DNA of 64,000 nucleotides. Origin: Rickettsiales bacterium (lineage in GTDB: Bacteria; Pseudomonadota; Alphaproteobacteria; Methylaequorales; Methylaequoraceae). The notes under the pieces are model-generated. The model was not told the origin of the DNA, did not search any database, and worked only from the letters and a program-made list of their open reading frames with translations. Below, in pieces: positions 46,536 to 58,008 of this stretch (the first letter of the stretch is position 1; every line of letters starts with the position of its first letter). Where the stretch lies: contig NZFP01000003.1 of assembly GCA_002689325.1 (NCBI GenBank), forward strand, positions 13,217-77,216, written 5' to 3'. A program made the position numbers and the translations under genes.

Positions 46536-47138
46536 ATGTTAACTTTAAAACAAAAAAAGTTATTAGACTTTTTAATTGATTATCACAATAAAAATCGTGT
46601 CTACCCTACTTTTGACGAGATGAGAGATTTTTTGCAAATTAAATCAAAATCAGGTATTCACAAACTATTGTTAAGTTTAGAAGAAAAAGGTTTTGTTAAT
46701 AGGCTTCCTCATAAGGCCAGAGCACTGAGTATCAATACAAATGTTAATGAAAAAGAAAAAGATCTACCATTCCTCGGAAGAATTGCTGCTGGCAATCCTA
46801 TTGAAGCCATTACGGAAAGTTTTGAGTACATTTCAGTACCTAATTATCTTGTAAATAACAAAGACGAACATTTCACTCTAGAAGTTACTGGAGATTCAAT
46901 GATTGATGCCGGAATTTATGACGGTGATATTGTTGTTATAAGAAAAACAGAAGTTGCTAATTCTGGCGATATTGTAGTAGCTTTAATAGATCAAAATGAA
47001 GTTACTCTAAAAAGATTTAGATCTTTCAAAAATTCTAAAGCTCTTGAACCTGCTAATAAAAATTATAAAATTAGATTATTCGGAGAGGATAGAGTTAAAA
47101 TACAAGGCACGTTGGCAGGGTTAATCAGAAAATTCTAA
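46536..47138 (+). CDS. lexA: LexA SOS repressor
   Basis: Winged-helix N-terminus (LTLKQKKLLDFLIDY), cleavage site RIAAGNPIEA, GDSM Ser and VTLKRF Lys. Confidence 0.95.
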   Translation: MLTLKQKKLLDFLIDYHNKNRVYPTFDEMRDFLQIKSKSGIHKLLLSLEEKGFVNRLPHKARALSINTNVNEKEKDLPFLGRIAAGNPIEAITESFEYISVPNYLVNNKDEHFTLEVTGDSMIDAGIYDGDIVVIRKTEVANSGDIVVALIDQNEVTLKRFRSFKNSKALEPANKNYKIRLFGEDRVKIQGTLAGLIRKF

Positions 47139-47141
47139 AAA

Positions 47142-48506
47142 ATGGAAACTGTAACTAGATTTGCGCCATCACCTACAGGCCTTCTTCACCTTGGTGGAAT
47201 TAGAACAGCTCTATTTAATTTTATTCATGCTAAGTCTAGCGGTGGAAAATTTAAAATAAGAATTGAAGATACTGACCAAACAAGAAATAAAAAAGAATCG
47301 ATAAATTCAATTTTAAAGGGGCTTGACTGGTTGGGTATAAAGTATGATGGTAAAATCATTTATCAGAGTAAAAATGTCAAAGAACATAAGAAAATTATCA
47401 ATCAATTAATTGATAATAACTCAGCATATAAATGTTTTCATACTGAGGACGAAATTCTAGAACTAAAAAAAAATAATATAAAATTTAAAAGCAAATGGAG
47501 AGATAAAATAGATCATCCTAAAAATGCTCAGTTCTGTATTAGAATAAAATCACCAATAGACGGGCAAACAATAATAAATGACAAAATTCAAGGAAAAGTA
47601 AAAGTTCAGAATAAAGAACTTGATGATTTTGTGATAATGAGATCTGACGGTTCACCTACATTTCTTCTATCTTCAGCTGTTGATGACTTTTTGATGTCAG
47701 TGACTGATATTATTCGTGGTGATGATCATTTAACCAACTCTTTTAGACAGATGGTAGTTTTTAAATATTTAGATTATCAGCCAACATTTTCGCATATGCC
47801 ACTAATTCATAATGAAAATAATGAAAAGTTGTCAAAAAGGCACAATGCTCTGTCAATTGAGGGATATAAAAATAAAGGTTTTTTGTCAGAGACTATGATA
47901 AACTACCTTTTGAGATTAGGTTGGTCTCATGGAGATAAAGAAATTATTTCCTTAAATGATGCAATAAAAAACTTTAAAATAGAAAGTATAGGAAAGTCAC
48001 CATCTAAACTTGATGAAAAAAAACTACTTTTTTTAAATAATTTTTATTTAAAAAACAAAAATGATGATTTTATTTTTGATGAAATTAAAAATGCCGAAAG
48101 ATTTTTAAAAATTAACAATACAAAAGAAAGTGTCAAAAAGACAAAAAATCTAATTAATATTTTTAAGAAAAGATCAAATACATTAAACGAACTTATAGAT
48201 GATCTTAATTCAATTAATAATGAAGTTTTTTTTTATTCTGAAGTTGAAAAGAAAATTTTAAATAGTTCTTTGAATTTAAAAAGTACGCTTATTAATAAAT
48301 TATCTTTAATAGAATCTTGGGATGATTATATATTAGAAAATGTTATAAAAGAGATTGTAGAAAGTATGAGTTTAAAATTCAAAGATCTAGGTCAACCCTT
48401 AAGATTAGTTTTATTTGGAACCATGAATGGACCATCTGTTGCTAAGGTAATGCAAATTATTGGCAAAGACACAACAATTAAAAAAATAATAGCCAACTGG
48501 AACTAA
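47142..48506 (+). CDS. gltX: Glutamyl-tRNA synthetase
   Basis: [14 protein letters not shown] (HIGH) and KLSKR (KMSKS). Confidence 0.95.
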   Translation: METVTRFAPSPTGLLHLGGIRTALFNFIHAKSSGGKFKIRIEDTDQTRNKKESINSILKGLDWLGIKYDGKIIYQSKNVKEHKKIINQLIDNNSAYKCFHTEDEILELKKNNIKFKSKWRDKIDHPKNAQFCIRIKSPIDGQTIINDKIQGKVKVQNKELDDFVIMRSDGSPTFLLSSAVDDFLMSVTDIIRGDDHLTNSFRQMVVFKYLDYQPTFSHMPLIHNENNEKLSKRHNALSIEGYKNKGFLSETMINYLLRLGWSHGDKEIISLNDAIKNFKIESIGKSPSKLDEKKLLFLNNFYLKNKNDDFIFDEIKNAERFLKINNTKESVKKTKNLINIFKKRSNTLNELIDDLNSINNEVFFYSEVEKKILNSSLNLKSTLINKLSLIESWDDYILENVIKEIVESMSLKFKDLGQPLRLVLFGTMNGPSVAKVMQIIGKDTTIKKIIANWN

Positions 48507-48508
48507 AA

Positions 48509-49846
48509 TTGAAAAATAAAGACACCATTACAGTTGTTGATAATAGAAATAACAACAAATTTGAGTTCAAAATAAAAAGAGGATCTTTTGGACCCGATGT
48601 TGCTGACCTTACTGCTTTTTATTCCAAAACCGGCATGTTTGTTTATGATCCTGGATTTACTTCAACTGCAAGTTGTTCTTCAAAAATAACTTTTATTGAT
48701 GGAGAGAAGGGAATTTTACTTCACAGAGGTTACAGAATTGAAGACTTAGCAGAAAAATCTGATTACCCAGAAGTTTGTTATCTTCTTTTAAATGGTGAGC
48801 TACCTGACATTGAAAATAAAAAAAAATTTATTAAGATCTTAACCAATCATACTATGTTACATGAACAGCTATTGAGATTTTATAGTGGCTTTCGACGTGA
48901 TTCCCACCCAATGGCTGTAATGGTCGGCATTGTTGGAGCTTTATCATCATTTTATTCTGAAAAAAATTATAACTTTTCTTCCACTGAAGGAATGTGGGTT
49001 GCTGTTAGTAGACTGTTAGCCAAGTTACCAACAATGGCTGCTATGGCCTATAAATATTCCTTAGGTCAGCCATTTATTTATCCAAAAAATAATTTAAGCT
49101 ATAGTGAAAATTTTCTTCACATGTTATTTTCAACTCCCTGTGGTGAGTATCATCCGTCAAAAGCTAGTATAGAGGCCTTAGATAAGCTTTTAATACTACA
49201 TGCTGATCATGAACAAAATGCCTCAACATCTACAGTTAAAATGGCAGGATCCTCAGGAGCTAACCCGTTTGCATGTGTAGCAGCGGGCGTGGCTTCATTA
49301 TGGGGTCCAGCACATGGTGGAGCAAATGAATCCGTAATAAGAATGCTTAATGAGATAGGCTCTGTTAACAATATTCAAAAGTTTATAAAAAAAGCAAAAG
49401 ATTCAAAAGATTCATATAGATTAATGGGGTTTGGACATAGAGTTTATAAAAATTATGATCCACGGGCAAATGTACTTAGAAAATACTGTCATAATTTACT
49501 GAGGGAGATAGATACTTTCAACCTACCATTATTCAAACTAGCAACAAAGCTTGAAGAGATTGCGCTTAATGATAGTTATTTTATTAAAAAAAAACTATAT
49601 CCAAATGTAGATTTTTATTCAGGAATAATTTTAAAAGCACTTGGAATGCCTGAATCAATGTTTACAGTTATTTTTGCAGTTGCACGAACAGTTGGTTGGA
49701 TATCTCAATGGAAAGAAATGACTGAATTAACAAATACAAAAATTAGCAGACCTAGACAGCTTTATACAGGAAAAAATAAGCGTGAATTTATTGAGATTGA
49801 TAACAGGAAAAATGTCAAAAAAATGTATCCTGGGGAAATAAAATAA
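48509..49846 (+). CDS. gltA: Citrate synthase
   Basis: TTG start. [31 protein letters not shown] and [14 protein letters not shown]. Confidence 0.95.
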   Translation: MKNKDTITVVDNRNNNKFEFKIKRGSFGPDVADLTAFYSKTGMFVYDPGFTSTASCSSKITFIDGEKGILLHRGYRIEDLAEKSDYPEVCYLLLNGELPDIENKKKFIKILTNHTMLHEQLLRFYSGFRRDSHPMAVMVGIVGALSSFYSEKNYNFSSTEGMWVAVSRLLAKLPTMAAMAYKYSLGQPFIYPKNNLSYSENFLHMLFSTPCGEYHPSKASIEALDKLLILHADHEQNASTSTVKMAGSSGANPFACVAAGVASLWGPAHGGANESVIRMLNEIGSVNNIQKFIKKAKDSKDSYRLMGFGHRVYKNYDPRANVLRKYCHNLLREIDTFNLPLFKLATKLEEIALNDSYFIKKKLYPNVDFYSGIILKALGMPESMFTVIFAVARTVGWISQWKEMTELTNTKISRPRQLYTGKNKREFIEIDNRKNVKKMYPGEIK

Positions 49847-50935
49847 TTATTTTTTAATAATTTGATTAATCATTAATTTTGCTGGGTTTTCATTATTAAG
49901 CATTTTTTTAGAAAAAATTTTCATATATTCCACTTGTTTGTCTCTCAACTTCTTATTATCTAGCAAATTTCTCATTTCACTAATAACTAATTTATAATTA
50001 AATTTTTCAAAAACAAATTCAGGAACAACTTCTTTATTAAAAAAAATATTTATCAAGGAGCAAAATTTAACTTTAACAAAAATTTTAATTAAAATTCTAG
50101 TCAAATAATTAGTATCATATACAACAACCATAGGAGTTAGATATTTACTTAACTCTAATGTCACACTTCCAGAGGCGGCCAGTGCAAGTGAAGACTGCAT
50201 CATAATTTTTTGTTTCAAATCATGATTCGTTATAATTGTAATCTTAGTGCTTTGTAAAATTTTTTTGATAATTTTTTTATGGTGATTGAAACCTAGAATA
50301 TAGAATTTATAATCTGGATATTCACAAATAATATCATCTAAAATATTTTTCATTTTTTTTAGGTTTTTCTTTATTTCAATTTCTCTTGACCCAGGAAGAA
50401 AGATAATTATTTTTTGGTTTCTAACTTTAGGTTTTTTAAAAAAAATTTGATGTCCAACCCAATGAGTTTCTAATCCGTGATCAACAAAAAATTTTTTTTC
50501 AAATTTGAAAAGTATAAATAACTTATCATACAATTTAGCAAAAATTTTAGCTCTATATCTTTTCCATGCCCAAACCGTTGGAGCAACATAATGAATCATT
50601 TTTACTTTTTTTCTCATGCCTTGTAATTTTTTTGCGAGTCTGTAACTAAAACTTGGTGAATCAATTGTAATAAGAATATCAGGAGGATTTTTTTTAATAA
50701 TATTTTCTACTTTTTTAAAAATTTTATAAAACTTTCGTATTCTAATTAATACTTCAATTAATCCAATTGTATTAAACTTTTCAATTGGAACCCAAGAATT
50801 AAAACCTTCTATTTTCATGAGATTTCCTCCAATACCTTCAATTGATTTAATTTTTTTTTTTTTTAGTTCTTTAATTAAACATGAGCCTAAGTAATCACCA
50901 GAAGCCTCAGTTGCAATAATATAAATTTTCATCAC
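49847..50935 (-). CDS. lpxB: Lipid-A-disaccharide synthase
   Basis: MKIYIIATEASGDYLGS and DSPSFSYRLAKK. It lies in the lpx cluster. Confidence 0.92.
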   Translation of the reverse strand: MMKIYIIATEASGDYLGSCLIKELKKKKIKSIEGIGGNLMKIEGFNSWVPIEKFNTIGLIEVLIRIRKFYKIFKKVENIIKKNPPDILITIDSPSFSYRLAKKLQGMRKKVKMIHYVAPTVWAWKRYRAKIFAKLYDKLFILFKFEKKFFVDHGLETHWVGHQIFFKKPKVRNQKIIIFLPGSREIEIKKNLKKMKNILDDIICEYPDYKFYILGFNHHKKIIKKILQSTKITIITNHDLKQKIMMQSSLALAASGSVTLELSKYLTPMVVVYDTNYLTRILIKIFVKVKFCSLINIFFNKEVVPEFVFEKFNYKLVISEMRNLLDNKKLRDKQVEYMKIFSKKMLNNENPAKLMINQIIKK

Positions 50936-51735
50936 AAACCATATAAAAAAAAATTTTTCTGTTTACAAAAGCTTAATATTTTCTCTTTTTCTAAAAAAAT
51001 AGTCTTGTTTGCGCTGTAGGCAATTCCCACAACTCCACTTTTATAACAATTTATTAAGGTTTTAAGCCCAATAGTTGGTAAATCAGCTCTTAAATCTTGT
51101 TTGACCTTAATAAGTTTAATTAAAACACCTTTTTTAACTTTTTGTAAATATGGTAGGGACTGTTTGATTAAATTATCAGTACCTTGAACAGCTTCAATTC
51201 CAATTACATTTCCTTCTTGAATTAAAATTGATTGTCCTATATCAAATTTAGAATTATTTTTTAAAATTAACGAACCTTTATGTATATCTTTAAAATTATT
51301 TTTTGAAATTTTTACTTTAGTTTGGTTTCCAGGACCAAGGAATAAATCTGGAAAGGTTTTGTGAATATACAAAATTTTATAATCTAGATTTTCTAGCTCA
51401 GTTATTACAAATTTTAGTAAATTGTTATCCCCCCCTTCAAATAGAGTTTTTGTAAATTTAGGTAGTAACTTTAGACTATTAAAGTCAGGCTTAATATCTG
51501 ATAATCTAGGCCTATTGATTGACCCTGCCATAAGAATTTTTGAATAGCCTTTTTTTTTCAACCCATTTAGTTCAGTTATAATTTTTCCTAATTTTACTGA
51601 CTTAGAATTATGTGATTTAAATAAATTTTTTTCACTAATAGATAAAATTTTAAATTCTAAATTAGAGTTCTTTATTTTTTTTATAATAAGTCTTGGTAAA
51701 TTACCGTTTCCAAAAATAAATATAATCTTATTCAT
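50932..51735 (-). CDS. lpxI: UDP-2,3-diacylglucosamine pyrophosphatase LpxI (DUF1009)
   Basis: Sits between lpxA and lpxB as in alphaproteobacteria. IFGNGNLPR and DLPTIG motifs. The start at M16 (51735) abuts the lpxA stop (51737), so I prefer it to 51780. Confidence 0.8.
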   Translation of the reverse strand: MNKIIFIFGNGNLPRLIIKKIKNSNLEFKILSISEKNLFKSHNSKSVKLGKIITELNGLKKKGYSKILMAGSINRPRLSDIKPDFNSLKLLPKFTKTLFEGGDNNLLKFVITELENLDYKILYIHKTFPDLFLGPGNQTKVKISKNNFKDIHKGSLILKNNSKFDIGQSILIQEGNVIGIEAVQGTDNLIKQSLPYLQKVKKGVLIKLIKVKQDLRADLPTIGLKTLINCYKSGVVGIAYSANKTIFLEKEKILSFCKQKNFFLYGL

Positions 51736-51736
51736 T

Positions 51737-52522
51737 TTATATATCTGGCATGCAATAAGATCTATCAGATTGGTTATCAAGAAATTTTAGAAGCTTTGAA
51801 ACAATATGATTTTCATGTTTTTTTTTTATAACTTCTGATATTCTGTCTCTAAAGGTTAATTCTTTATCAAAAAAAATATATTTAAAAGTTTTTCTAAATT
51901 CTGATATTTCTCTTTTTTTTACATTCCTTCTTTTTAAACCCAGTATATTAATTCCTGATAATTTAGCACGGTTTCCCATCACTGTTGAAAAAGGTATTAC
52001 ATCAGCTGTAACTCCTGACATTCCTCCAATCATTGCACCCTCTCCAATTCTACAAAATTGATGTATTGCACTAAGTGCTCCTACGACAACATTATCTTCA
52101 ATTATAACATGCCCTGCTAAGGTTGAATGATTTGCAAAAATAACGTTATTTCCAATTCGACAGTCATGTGCAACATGAGTTCCAATCATAAGAAGACAAT
52201 CGTCACCGACTGAGGTAATCTTCCCTCCTCCATCCGTACCTGGGTTAATTGTTACATATTCACGTATTCTGCAATTTTTACCAATTTTTATGGTAGTGGG
52301 TTCTCCCTTATATTTAAGATCTTGAGGTGATGATCCAATTGAAGCAAATGGAAAAATTTCAGTATTCTCACCAATAGTTGTGTTACCAGTGATACTCACA
52401 TGGTTATGAATATAACAATTTTTTGCTATATTTACATTTCTACCGATAAAGCAAAATGGCCCAATCTTAACGTTTTTTGCAATAGTAGCGTTTTTATCAA
52501 TACAAGAAAGTTTGTTAATCAT
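51737..52522 (-). CDS. lpxA: UDP-N-acetylglucosamine O-acyltransferase
   Basis: Hexapeptide repeats throughout, and THVAHDCRIGN. Confidence 0.93.
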   Translation of the reverse strand: MINKLSCIDKNATIAKNVKIGPFCFIGRNVNIAKNCYIHNHVSITGNTTIGENTEIFPFASIGSSPQDLKYKGEPTTIKIGKNCRIREYVTINPGTDGGGKITSVGDDCLLMIGTHVAHDCRIGNNVIFANHSTLAGHVIIEDNVVVGALSAIHQFCRIGEGAMIGGMSGVTADVIPFSTVMGNRAKLSGINILGLKRRNVKKREISEFRKTFKYIFFDKELTFRDRISEVIKKKHENHIVSKLLKFLDNQSDRSYCMPDI

Positions 52523-52586
52523 TATTCAAATTTAAAGATTGTTGTGTTAAGAACAAATAAAAAAAAGTTTCAATATATTTCAATAA

Positions 52587-53033
52587 TTAAGGAGTATTTA
52601 AAATTGCTGATATTTCTGCTTGTGATACTAATTCATTATTCACGTACGATCTACAAGTAAATTTCCAGATATTTTTTATTTGTTGTTTTTTTTCAACTTT
52701 ATTCATTAATACATCACCGGGAATTACAGGTTTTCTAAATTTGGCTTTATCAACAGTTAATAAATAAACAGATGTATTTTTAGATTTTTTTTTTAAACTA
52801 AACATAACCAATGTTCCAGCGGATTGAGCCATTGACTCAATAATTAGTGCCCCAGGCATTACTGACATTGACTTAAAATGTCCCTGAAAAAAATTTTCGT
52901 TAAAAGTCACGTTTTTAATACCTGTCGCACTGGTATCAGGAATGATGTCAATTAATTTATCAATTAATAAAAATGGATATCTATGTGGAATTAAATCTTT
53001 GATTTCTTCTATATTAAGTTCTTTTTTTTTCAT
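52587..53033 (-). CDS. fabZ: 3-hydroxyacyl-ACP dehydratase FabZ
   Basis: LIPHRYPFLLIDK, FFQGHF and MPGALIIESMAQ. Confidence 0.95.
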   Translation of the reverse strand: MKKKELNIEEIKDLIPHRYPFLLIDKLIDIIPDTSATGIKNVTFNENFFQGHFKSMSVMPGALIIESMAQSAGTLVMFSLKKKSKNTSVYLLTVDKAKFRKPVIPGDVLMNKVEKKQQIKNIWKFTCRSYVNNELVSQAEISAILNTP

Positions 53034-54010
53034 TATCTTTTTTTATTATTTAAAATAGTACTTCTATGCCAGTCTATTATATTGAAGGCAGGATAACCTC
53101 CAACACTTGAATTATCAGGAATATCCCTCATAACCCCACTTTTTGCAGCAATTTTAACATTATTTCCAATTTTTAAATGACCACTTATACCTACCTGACC
53201 ACCAATCATAGAATTACTTCCTATTTCACAGCTTCCAGAAATTCCAGTCATTGCTGCAATAATTGTATTTTCACCTATCTTAACATTATGCGCAACATGA
53301 ACAAGGTTATCAATCATAACATTCTTTGAAATTATTGTATCACCGATTGATCCCCTATCTACAGTTGAATTACAACCAATTTCAACATTTTCTTCAATAA
53401 TAACTCGTCCTAATTGAGGAATCTTTTTAAAATAAGTTTTGGCAGATATAAACCCAAATCCCTCACCACCAATTTTGACACCATTGTATATTTTAACATT
53501 ATCAGAAATAACCGAATAATATATACTTACATTATCCCCAATGATACAGTTTGATCCAATTTTAACTCCAGGTCCAATTTTAACAAATGAACCTATAATA
53601 CAATTATTACCAATTTTAGAATCTTTATGTATAAAACAATCTTCAGAAATTGATTTATTATTATTCGAAATGGAAAATGAAAAATTTGGATATTCACAAT
53701 CCGGGTAGAAAATTGAAGCAATTTGCGCCATCGTTAAATAAGGATCATCTGAAAATAAAAATTTTTTTTTAAAATTAACTTTTTTTTTTTCAGTTTTTTT
53801 TAAAACTACAACCCCAGCTTTGGTATTATTAAGTTGATTTCTATATTTATTTTTATGAAAAAAACTTATTTCATTAGGTAAGGCCGCATCAAGCGTTGCT
53901 ATATCTTCGATCTTAAAATTAGGGTCACCAGAAAATTCTAAATTTAATTTTGAAGCAATATCTGATAGAGTAAAAGGACCAACGTTATTATAAAAGCAGT
54001 TATCTATCAA
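53033..54010 (-). CDS. lpxD: UDP-3-O-acylglucosamine N-acyltransferase
   Basis: Hexapeptide repeats, and VHVAHNVKIGEN. Confidence 0.92.
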   Translation of the reverse strand: MIDNCFYNNVGPFTLSDIASKLNLEFSGDPNFKIEDIATLDAALPNEISFFHKNKYRNQLNNTKAGVVVLKKTEKKKVNFKKKFLFSDDPYLTMAQIASIFYPDCEYPNFSFSISNNNKSISEDCFIHKDSKIGNNCIIGSFVKIGPGVKIGSNCIIGDNVSIYYSVISDNVKIYNGVKIGGEGFGFISAKTYFKKIPQLGRVIIEENVEIGCNSTVDRGSIGDTIISKNVMIDNLVHVAHNVKIGENTIIAAMTGISGSCEIGSNSMIGGQVGISGHLKIGNNVKIAAKSGVMRDIPDNSSVGGYPAFNIIDWHRSTILNNKKR

Positions 54011-54028
54011 ATTTATACTCTTTTAAAA

Positions 54029-54583
54029 CTAATCTTTGGTTATTTTTGGTAATATTTTATTTAATTCTTTGATGGCATCCTCAGTTAAATCAATATCTCT
54101 TCCTACCAGAAGAAGTTGGTTTTTTGCCATAACAATATCCAATTTATTTTTATTTGCTATCATAGAAAGAACATCGATAAGGGCTCCTTGAATTTTATTG
54201 GTTGATTTTTCAAATTCCCTTTCAAATTTTTGAGCCTCACTAGTTTGTTTAGATTTAAGTTCATTAATTTTTTTATTAAGGTCTTTTAGTTTTTGGGCAT
54301 ACACCTCTCTGGAAAGCACACCTTTTTGTTTTGTTAATTTACTCTCCTCATCTCTAATAACATCTTCGATTTTTGTAAACTTATTTCGATGTTTTCTTCT
54401 TTTTTCTTCAAATTTGTCAACCAGAGCTTGATATGCAGTAGAATCTTGAAGAATTTTTTTCATATCAACAACCCCTACCCCGGATTTAAAGGATCTTTCT
54501 TTTGGGTTTTTAGCAGCTTTTTCTTGCGCATTAGTTTCTACAAAAAAGAATGAAACTACAATTAATAATAATAATCTAATCAT
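54029..54583 (-). CDS. skp: Periplasmic chaperone Skp/OmpH
   Basis: Signal peptide plus a long Lys/Glu-rich helical region. It sits in the conserved position between bamA and lpxD. Confidence 0.85.
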   Translation of the reverse strand: MIRLLLLIVVSFFFVETNAQEKAAKNPKERSFKSGVGVVDMKKILQDSTAYQALVDKFEEKRRKHRNKFTKIEDVIRDEESKLTKQKGVLSREVYAQKLKDLNKKINELKSKQTSEAQKFEREFEKSTNKIQGALIDVLSMIANKNKLDIVMAKNQLLLVGRDIDLTEDAIKELNKILPKITKD

Positions 54584-54606
54584 AATACTCCTTATAATTT
54601 AATTGT

Positions 54607-56958
54607 TTAATATGTTGTACCAAAACTAAATCTAAAAATCTCTTTTTTATCATAATTTTCTTTTAGAATAGCTTTAGACAAGTAAAACTTTACTGGTCCA
54701 AAAGGAGAAAGCCATGAAATTCCAATACCTGCAGATGCACGTGGTTTATTTTCATCTAATATATCAGATCCAGACTCCGACAAACTGAATAAAGAGCCAA
54801 TATCGCCAAATATTAATCCAGAGACACCTAGATCATCTGGCAAGCCTAGCGGGAATGTTAATTCATTCCTACTCAAATAATAAATTTCACCTCCAAGGGC
54901 ATCTGTTGTTGATGAGTCTCTTGGACCAACTCCTAGGTTTTTAAAACCTCTTAATCTGTCTCCGTTGATAAAAAATCTGTCATTAATCTTTACATCTTTA
55001 ATTGGAAGAATATAGCCTCCTTCAATAAAGTTTCCTAAAACAACTCCATCCGCTATTCTAAAAAAATTTGCTATTTTCAATTCGCTTTGAAAATGTTCAG
55101 AGTCTCCTATTAGTCCATAATAATCTAAATCCAAACGAACTCTCGTTCCTTCAGTAGGGTTAATTCTATCATTTAAAGAACTATATTGAACTGCCTGACC
55201 AATTATTGATGTAACTCTTTTTCCTTCTTGACCTTGGATGTATCTCGAAGTGCTATTACTTATATCATGTATTTTATCGCGCTTTAGTGTATAACTAGAA
55301 AAATGCCTTACATCGTTAATTATCTCATATCCAGATCGAAGTCTAAAACCAAGAATGTTATGTTTATATCCACTGTATCTTTTATTATTTCTTCTCACAT
55401 TAAATAAATCTATACCAGCAGCCACATCTTTGTCTAAAAAATATGGGTTTGTATAAGATAAATCAATTTCCTGTCTTCTAGTGGATATACCAAGCGCAAG
55501 TGAAATTTCTTTGGCTTCGCCGAAAAGATTAGATTCCTTAATCGAAACATTCCCAATAGCTCCATCTAAAGATGAAAAACCACCTCCAACAGAAAATTGT
55601 CCAGTGGCTTTTTCTTTGACCTCTACCTCAACATTAGCTTTGTTTGCATCTGATGATTCTTCAAGTTTAATTTCAACTCCCTCAAAAAGAGCTGTATTAT
55701 TAACATTTCTTTCACTTTGTCTTAATTTAACAGAATTAAATGGATCACCATCCACAAGTTCTAATTCTCGTCTAATTACTTTGTCAACAGTTTTGAGGTT
55801 TCCAGATATGTTAATTCTATTAATAAATATCTTTTTCCCCTCCTCAATTTCAAATGTTAAATCCACAAAACCCATCCTTTTTTTTATTACTGGGTATACT
55901 TCAACAAAGGCATAGCCAAGCTCACTTGCTTTTTCTGTTATGTTATTTATGGATTCATCAATATCTACAGAGCTGTACCAATCACCTTTTGAAATTTCAA
56001 TTAAGTTGGAAACATCTAATTTTTGTAAATTTCTAATATTTGATCGCACATTAACATCTGAAACTTTGTACCTATTTCCTTCATATAACGAAAAGTTAAC
56101 TACAAAATCTTTCCTGTTATCTACTAAACTTGAATTTACTGAAATTATTCTAAAATCTATATATCCGTTATCATAGTAATATTTTTTTAAAAGATCCTTA
56201 TCGTAATTTATTCTATCTTTATCAAATTTATCATTACTACCCCAGAATTCATACCACCTGAACTCAGTCGAACTAATAACATCTTTAAGTGTTGAGTCAG
56301 AAAAAACTTTGTTGTTAATGAAATTAATCCTTTTAATTTTTGCTTCTTTTCCTTCATATACTTCAAAAACAAGGTTTACTCTACCATCATCAATTTTTAT
56401 AATTTTTGGTTCTACATATGTAGAAAAAAAACCTTGTCGTTTATATAATGTCTCAATCGTATCGGCATCAGATTTTATGACATCAATAGAATAGACATTT
56501 CTAGTCTTAATAGTTAGTTCTTCTAAAATTAACTCGTCCGAAATCTCTGTGTTTCCTTCAACAGAAATTAAATCGATAACCGGGTTTTCTTTTACATTAA
56601 TGTAAATATAATTTTTATCTTTAAAAATTTGAACATCTTCAAAATAACCAGTTTTATATAGATTCTTTACCGCTTTGCTCAGACTTTTCTCATTAACACC
56701 TAGTGATTCAATTTGAGATTCATTAATGATTAAATTAGATTCTAATCTTTTGTTACCTTGAACTATTATATTAGTAACTGCGTTAAAATTTTCTTCTAAA
56801 ATATTAAGGTCCTGACTTTCATTTTTTATTCCTTTAGAATGGTAATCAAAATTATAACTTGAAGATGGGGTTCCAGGTGACTGAGAGTTTGCAAAATTGC
56901 ATAAAAAAAATTGACTTAAAAAAAAAAAAGTAAAGAAATATATAAAGTAATTTTTCAT
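54607..56958 (-). CDS. bamA: Outer membrane protein assembly factor BamA
   Basis: 783 aa with a signal peptide, POTRA repeats (I.V.GN.R....I), and a C-terminal barrel ending RFSFGTTY. Confidence 0.95.
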   Translation of the reverse strand: MKNYFIYFFTFFFLSQFFLCNFANSQSPGTPSSSYNFDYHSKGIKNESQDLNILEENFNAVTNIIVQGNKRLESNLIINESQIESLGVNEKSLSKAVKNLYKTGYFEDVQIFKDKNYIYINVKENPVIDLISVEGNTEISDELILEELTIKTRNVYSIDVIKSDADTIETLYKRQGFFSTYVEPKIIKIDDGRVNLVFEVYEGKEAKIKRINFINNKVFSDSTLKDVISSTEFRWYEFWGSNDKFDKDRINYDKDLLKKYYYDNGYIDFRIISVNSSLVDNRKDFVVNFSLYEGNRYKVSDVNVRSNIRNLQKLDVSNLIEISKGDWYSSVDIDESINNITEKASELGYAFVEVYPVIKKRMGFVDLTFEIEEGKKIFINRINISGNLKTVDKVIRRELELVDGDPFNSVKLRQSERNVNNTALFEGVEIKLEESSDANKANVEVEVKEKATGQFSVGGGFSSLDGAIGNVSIKESNLFGEAKEISLALGISTRRQEIDLSYTNPYFLDKDVAAGIDLFNVRRNNKRYSGYKHNILGFRLRSGYEIINDVRHFSSYTLKRDKIHDISNSTSRYIQGQEGKRVTSIIGQAVQYSSLNDRINPTEGTRVRLDLDYYGLIGDSEHFQSELKIANFFRIADGVVLGNFIEGGYILPIKDVKINDRFFINGDRLRGFKNLGVGPRDSSTTDALGGEIYYLSRNELTFPLGLPDDLGVSGLIFGDIGSLFSLSESGSDILDENKPRASAGIGISWLSPFGPVKFYLSKAILKENYDKKEIFRFSFGTTY

Positions 56959-56962
56959 TAAA

Positions 56963-58003
56963 TTATTTTATTATTCTTAAAACATCATTGTATGTAGCAA
57001 ATACCATTAATGAAAGAAGTAAAACTAAGCCAACCATATGAAGTAATTCGAGTGATTTTTTGTTAAGCGGAGATCCTTTAACAAATTCAATCAAATTGAG
57101 GAGTAAATGTCCACCATCTAGCATCGGAATTGGAAATAAATTTATTAGGCCAAGATTTAGGGAAATAATCATCATAAACCAGAGAGTACTTTGAATTCCT
57201 TTGCTCCAAAAATCTCCAGAAAGTTCAGCAATACGTATTGGTCCACCTAAGTCTTCCGCACCCCTTTGACCAGTTATCATTTCATAAATACCAATAAGAG
57301 TCATCTCAATAAAATTATAAAATTGCTGAACTGAAGTAATGAATGAGCTAACGATATTTAATTTTCGTGTTTCTATAGTGCCTTTGATTCCAATTTTACC
57401 ACTCAAGGTTTTTATATTGGTGACCATGATTTTATCATTACGGCTAAATGTAACTTTTACATTTTTATTAGAAGAAATTATTGACCTAAGCTGAGAAAAG
57501 TCAGATATATTTTCTTCGTTGATTTTAAGAATAGTGTCACCCACTTTTAATCCAGAAAGATCAGCTGGCATATTTTTTTCTATTTCACTAATTATTGGTT
57601 TAGTTGAAGTAAAGCCATAAAAACAGTTTATAAATACAAGTAAAATTATTGAGAAAATAAAATTTGCAGCCGGGCCTGCAAATAAAATAATTGATCTTTG
57701 TCTAATTGACTTATTATGAAAGGATTTTTTGGGGTCTATATTTTCTTCACTTTTCTTTGCACTTGCTTCATCAGCATCTCCATGCATTTTCACATAGCCA
57801 CCCAATGGTAAAAGAGAAAATTTCCATCTTGTTCCTGAGTTATCGGTAAAACCGAATAACTCTTTTCCAAAACCAATAGAAAAAACTTCAACCTTTACAT
57901 TATTTTTTATAGCAGCAAGATAATGACCAAGTTCATGCACGAAAACAAGTATTGTGAGAATAATAACAAAAGGAATTATCGAATTGAAAATTACATCTAA
58001 CAT
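56963..58003 (-). CDS. rseP: RIP site-2 zinc metalloprotease RseP
   Basis: HELGHY, a PDZ region (LKVGDTILKINE) and NLFPIPMLDGGH. Confidence 0.93.
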   Translation of the reverse strand: MLDVIFNSIIPFVIILTILVFVHELGHYLAAIKNNVKVEVFSIGFGKELFGFTDNSGTRWKFSLLPLGGYVKMHGDADEASAKKSEENIDPKKSFHNKSIRQRSIILFAGPAANFIFSIILLVFINCFYGFTSTKPIISEIEKNMPADLSGLKVGDTILKINEENISDFSQLRSIISSNKNVKVTFSRNDKIMVTNIKTLSGKIGIKGTIETRKLNIVSSFITSVQQFYNFIEMTLIGIYEMITGQRGAEDLGGPIRIAELSGDFWSKGIQSTLWFMMIISLNLGLINLFPIPMLDGGHLLLNLIEFVKGSPLNKKSLELLHMVGLVLLLSLMVFATYNDVLRIIK

Positions 58004-58008
58004 GAAAA

